Position numbers and translations under genes: made by a program. From IMG/VR virus record IMGVR_UViG_3300045988_101454, positions 36,916 through 100,915 of that record: DNA of 64,000 nucleotides. One strand, given 5' to 3'. This document shows positions 61,286 to 64,000 of the stretch, piece after piece. This DNA is from a virus. Under the pieces are notes generated by a model that saw only the letters and a list, made by a program, of their open reading frames with translations, did not search any database and had not been told where the DNA came from. Every line of letters begins with the position of its first letter. The stretch's first letter is position 1.

Positions 61286-62677
61286 TTAATGATTAAGTGC
61301 ATACTCGATGGCCTGCTCTGCATAATACTCCACGCCAAACTGCTTGGCATACTTACGAAGGTCGGCTATTGAGATAGAGGCTGCCTTATGGCCTATGGCT
61401 TCCTCATACTTGTTCTTGAACTCCTGAGTACCAGGACGACAGTTGCCAGCATTCAAGGAGTCAGCAAAGGTGATCTTCAGGCTGCCGTTCTGTTTCTCTT
61501 CCTCACGTCTCTCAGCTCTCTTGCGCTTGCTTAATATGCGAGCCAGCTTCATGGCTCGGTGCTCCTCATTAATGCGGACAGCCTCACGCAGACTCTTTGC
61601 CTCGATGTGTTCACCTCTTACAAGGTAGCCCGTATGCTTAGTGATGTCGGCTATAGAGCGTCCTTGCTCTATCCATTCCGCCTTCATTCCTTGGCGGTTG
61701 AACTCGCCCTTATAGAAGGTAATCAGACCGCCTACATTACGCACTCTGAACCCCTTCTTGATGTTCAGGGTAAAGAAACGGCGTATCATTGCGAACTGGC
61801 AGCTCCGAGAATAGCCATCGAAATCTCGTTCTTCGTCGCAGACGATATTGTTCTCGTCGGAAATATGACCACAGATTCTGCCGGTATTTTCACCCGTGCG
61901 CAAATTCGATACGATAAATCCAAATACCGAGAAGTAGCCGTCAATCATCATACTAACACGCTTCTGCTCTGCCTCGTACACCTTGCGAGCCTTCTCCTCA
62001 GCTTTCTCTCTCGCCTTCTGCTCCTTCTTCAGTCGCTTCTGATACTTGAGCCACATCTTTACACCTTCTTCAAGCGATAAGCCCTTCGTGTCAATCTCCT
62101 TGCATCTGCTCAGAACGCCACGAATGTACGACTGATATTCCTTTACTTTCTGGGCAACAACTTTCTTAGCCTCCTGACGTGTGGCAAAATCCGCGCGACC
62201 CCTATAATAAGGAGTCTCTACGCACTGATATATACCACATACTTGCTTATCACGAAGGTCAAGCAGCTCGCAGCATGACTTACCCAAAGCACGACGTATC
62301 ATTTCCGCAGTCGCCTTATAAGGATATTGACTTGCAATGATGCTCTGCCGAAGGCTTTCGTAATCACAGATAAGTACAACAAAAATGTCGTTGCCATTGT
62401 CTTCGAGATTGCGATAATCATAAAGACTCTTTTCTCCGTAGTATCCGAACACGTCCTTTTTAAAGGTTTCCTGTAATACCTTATCGTTGGAGAGGCCAGC
62501 CGAGAAAGAATATACATCGAATACTGCTTCGCAAGGGAACATATCTATAAGTTTCCAGATGTCCTCAACGTCTGTAATGTTAGTAACAGTATTAACGCCA
62601 AAAGGCTTCATAAATGCTATAGATGCCTTCTTGTCGCCAAACTCCTTGATGAACTGTGCTTTGTTATAAGTCTTCAT
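61286..62677 (-). CDS. hypothetical protein (463 aa)
   Basis: ORF track; central Lys/Glu-rich coiled coil; no family recognised. Confidence 0.55.
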   Translation of the reverse strand: MKTYNKAQFIKEFGDKKASIAFMKPFGVNTVTNITDVEDIWKLIDMFPCEAVFDVYSFSAGLSNDKVLQETFKKDVFGYYGEKSLYDYRNLEDNGNDIFVVLICDYESLRQSIIASQYPYKATAEMIRRALGKSCCELLDLRDKQVCGIYQCVETPYYRGRADFATRQEAKKVVAQKVKEYQSYIRGVLSRCKEIDTKGLSLEEGVKMWLKYQKRLKKEQKAREKAEEKARKVYEAEQKRVSMMIDGYFSVFGFIVSNLRTGENTGRICGHISDENNIVCDEERDFDGYSRSCQFAMIRRFFTLNIKKGFRVRNVGGLITFYKGEFNRQGMKAEWIEQGRSIADITKHTGYLVRGEHIEAKSLREAVRINEEHRAMKLARILSKRKRAERREEEKQNGSLKITFADSLNAGNCRPGTQEFKNKYEEAIGHKAASISIADLRKYAKQFGVEYYAEQAIEYALNH

Positions 62678-62731
62678 AATGTTTCTGCCGCTTATAGGTT
62701 GCCGCCCTGTTATAATGATTAATAATGTTTA

Positions 62732-62974
62732 CTAAATTTGTGACATTCCACTCAAAACGAATGTGGCGTTACTCATGCAAATTATGTTCTTATACGCCGA
62801 AATACGAAGACTCGCATCCTGCATTGTTACGCCTAAATGGCGTTCGCACTGCCAATCAATGTACTCAGGGAGGCTCGCCGTAATGACGTTTCTCTTGCTG
62901 TTTATTGCCTTGATCTTTTCAACTTTCTTAGCAAGAGCACAAAGATAGTTTATCTGCTTGTCTGTTGCCAACAT
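62732..62974 (-). CDS. hypothetical small protein (80 aa from ATG 62972-62974)
   Basis: The upstream part of track ORF 62732-63343 crosses GC-rich RNA-like elements and looks non-coding. The start could also lie at about 63178. Confidence 0.4.
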   Translation of the reverse strand: MLATDKQINYLCALAKKVEKIKAINSKRNVITASLPEYIDWQCERHLGVTMQDASLRISAYKNIICMSNATFVLSGMSQI

Positions 62975-63192
62975 TGCCTTAATGCCGAATTGCTGTTGCC
63001 GCCAGTTCTTAGGGTTTAAATTAGTGTTTCTTTTATCTGATGCAAAGGTAGCAATTATATTTGAAACCGCCAAATAAAAAGCCGTTTTATTTTGAATAAA
63101 ATGTATTTTTATTTTATTGTCATCAAATGAACCGAATGAAACTAATCTTGTTCTACATATTCGTATCATTTGTGTCATTAGATAATAACATC

Positions 63193-63277
63193 GTCGCCCA
63201 TCCAGGAGCTCGAACCTGGTGCCGCGCCTTGCCGTGGTGGGCGTTGCGCTGCTGCTATCCTCGCAGACCGCAGCAGC
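63193..63277 (-). ncRNA. GC-rich structured element: tRNA-like T-arm minihelix plus an 8-bp hairpin
   Basis: Minus strand CGCCCAC..CCAGGTTCGAGCTCCTGG..ATGGGCG (63193-63243) and hairpin GCTGCTGC/GCAGCAGC (63248-63277). Too short for a tRNA. Confidence 0.3.
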
Positions 63278-63314
63278 CGGAAAACAAAAAATACTTAGAT
63301 TATGATTATGCAAG

Positions 63315-63364
63315 ATCCCGCCGAAAGAATCGAACCTTCGCAAAGGCTGTGCCGGGCGCGGGAT
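63315..63364 (-). ncRNA. second tRNA-like T-arm minihelix
   Basis: Minus strand TCCCGCG-17nt-GAAGGTTCGATTCTTTC-GGCGGGA: a GGTTCGATT T-loop closed by a 6-bp acceptor-like helix. Confidence 0.3.
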
Positions 63365-63373
63365 GGGGTAGGG

Positions 63374-63607
63374 CTATTGTTTGTACACATCAATGGTCTC
63401 TATCGCCTCGCAGTCGATATAGCTGTTGCAAGCCTTACCCAGCACCGAGATAACCTCCGTGTCGCTGTTGTAGCCGATGATGTCGTCCTCGCCGCTGTCG
63501 CCGTTCACGAAACTGAAGCACACGTCATTGTTGTGTGTCTTAATTACTCCGTGCTGCTGGTTGCTCTGTGCAGCCATCAATATCGTTTTTACTGTTTTGA
63601 ATTTCAT
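63374..63607 (-). CDS. hypothetical small protein (77 aa)
   Basis: ORF track; conserved leader at 63608-63640. Confidence 0.5.
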   Translation of the reverse strand: MKFKTVKTILMAAQSNQQHGVIKTHNNDVCFSFVNGDSGEDDIIGYNSDTEVISVLGKACNSYIDCEAIETIDVYKQ

Positions 63608-63648
63608 AATTTTCTGTCGTTTTTAAAGGGTTCTATAATATAGGGCTA

Positions 63649-63921
63649 TTAATCGTACAATATAGTATTGTCTTTCGTGATAGTGATGTACTGCGGCTTT
63701 CTTACATAGCCCGCCTGAAAATCGTCTACATACTCCCATCGGTCGCTTTCCTTGTGCTCATACACCAATATAGCGGCAGTCTTCTTAAATACGTATGCCG
63801 CAGCGTGCATGGCTTCCATGTTCTCGTGCATTTCGTTGGACGTGCTCCACCATTTTACAATAAGGTTCTTTATCTCGCCACCTATACAAAGCAGATAGAC
63901 GTATTCTTTTTCATTGTTCAT
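63649..63921 (-). CDS. hypothetical small protein (90 aa)
   Basis: ORF track; conserved leader at 63922-63955. Confidence 0.5.
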   Translation of the reverse strand: MNNEKEYVYLLCIGGEIKNLIVKWWSTSNEMHENMEAMHAAAYVFKKTAAILVYEHKESDRWEYVDDFQAGYVRKPQYITITKDNTILYD

Positions 63922-63960
63922 GATTTTCTGTCGTTTTTAAGGGGTTCTATAATATTCGTC

Positions 63961-64000
63961 TCATACCACACTGCCGCCTGTGCCATCGTGTCCTTCAGTT
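63961..64000 (-). CDS. C-terminal end of a gene entering from beyond the window
   Basis: Frame ..TEGHDGTGGSVV* with TGA at 63961-63963. Confidence 0.2.
   Translation of the reverse strand, partial: TEGHDGTGGSVV

Noticed and set aside
62975-63343. N-terminal 123 codons of track ORF 62732-63343
   Set aside because: The translation is not protein-like. It crosses the GC-rich tRNA-like elements and an AT-rich spacer, so a shorter gene from ATG 62972-62974 (or about 63178) is more plausible.
63193-63364. Complete tRNA genes, including a possible amber suppressor
   Set aside because: Only T-arm plus acceptor-like pairing could be found. There is no D arm or anticodon arm within 75-90 nt, and no CTA anticodon loop was recognised. 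I therefore report them as tRNA-like elements, not tRNAs.
1-64000. Integrase, transposase, IS elements, rRNA genes, toxin-antitoxin pairs or known defence-system signatures
   Set aside because: I recognised no tyrosine- or serine-recombinase, DDE transposase, reverse-transcriptase, Cas or cyclase motifs by eye in any ORF. Absence by manual reading is weak evidence and needs an HMM scan.

Overview
This 64-kb window comes from a tailed dsDNA phage, possibly a phage-plasmid. Its signals point to a Bacteroidota host: TAnnTTTG-type -7 boxes, no Shine-Dalgarno sequences, and A- or CA-rich leaders. About 100 tightly packed genes lie mostly on the minus strand, with one plus-strand block at 30.4-38.2 kb.

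Recognisable modules:
- **Virion and lysis:** S49-type prohead protease fused to a scaffold, a major capsid candidate, a 1858-aa tape-measure-like protein, a holin and the large terminase.
- **Replication:** a 1221-aa primase/helicase-like protein, beta sliding clamp, SSB-like protein, DEDD exonuclease and a LigA-like ligase. No DNA polymerase was seen.
- **Nucleotide metabolism:** MazG, a ThyX-like protein and a guanylate-kinase-like protein.
- **DNA modification:** an island of two radical-SAM genes, a PAPS-reductase-like gene and three N6/N4 methyltransferases, plus a C5-methyltransferase remnant.
- **Plasmid-type maintenance:** a Rep gene with iterons, ParA, a small RHH-like protein and a centromere-like repeat field.
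- **Cargo:** a LysR regulator bracketed by terminators.

No rRNA gene, complete tRNA gene, CRISPR array, integrase or transposase was recognised.

Most unusual observations:
1. About ten translationally coupled mini-ORFs (353-3574) look like isolated target-recognition domains of C5 methyltransferases. They sit next to a methyltransferase fragment that begins only at motif VIII.
2. Four in-frame TAG codons interrupt otherwise continuous coding sequence.
3. Every long G/C homopolymer I found coincides with a frame break, mostly in DNA-modification genes.
4. Several families of conserved 5' leaders, operator-like palindromes and tRNA-like GC-rich elements are present.

All functional calls rest on motif reading by eye, so they need HMM or structure searches.
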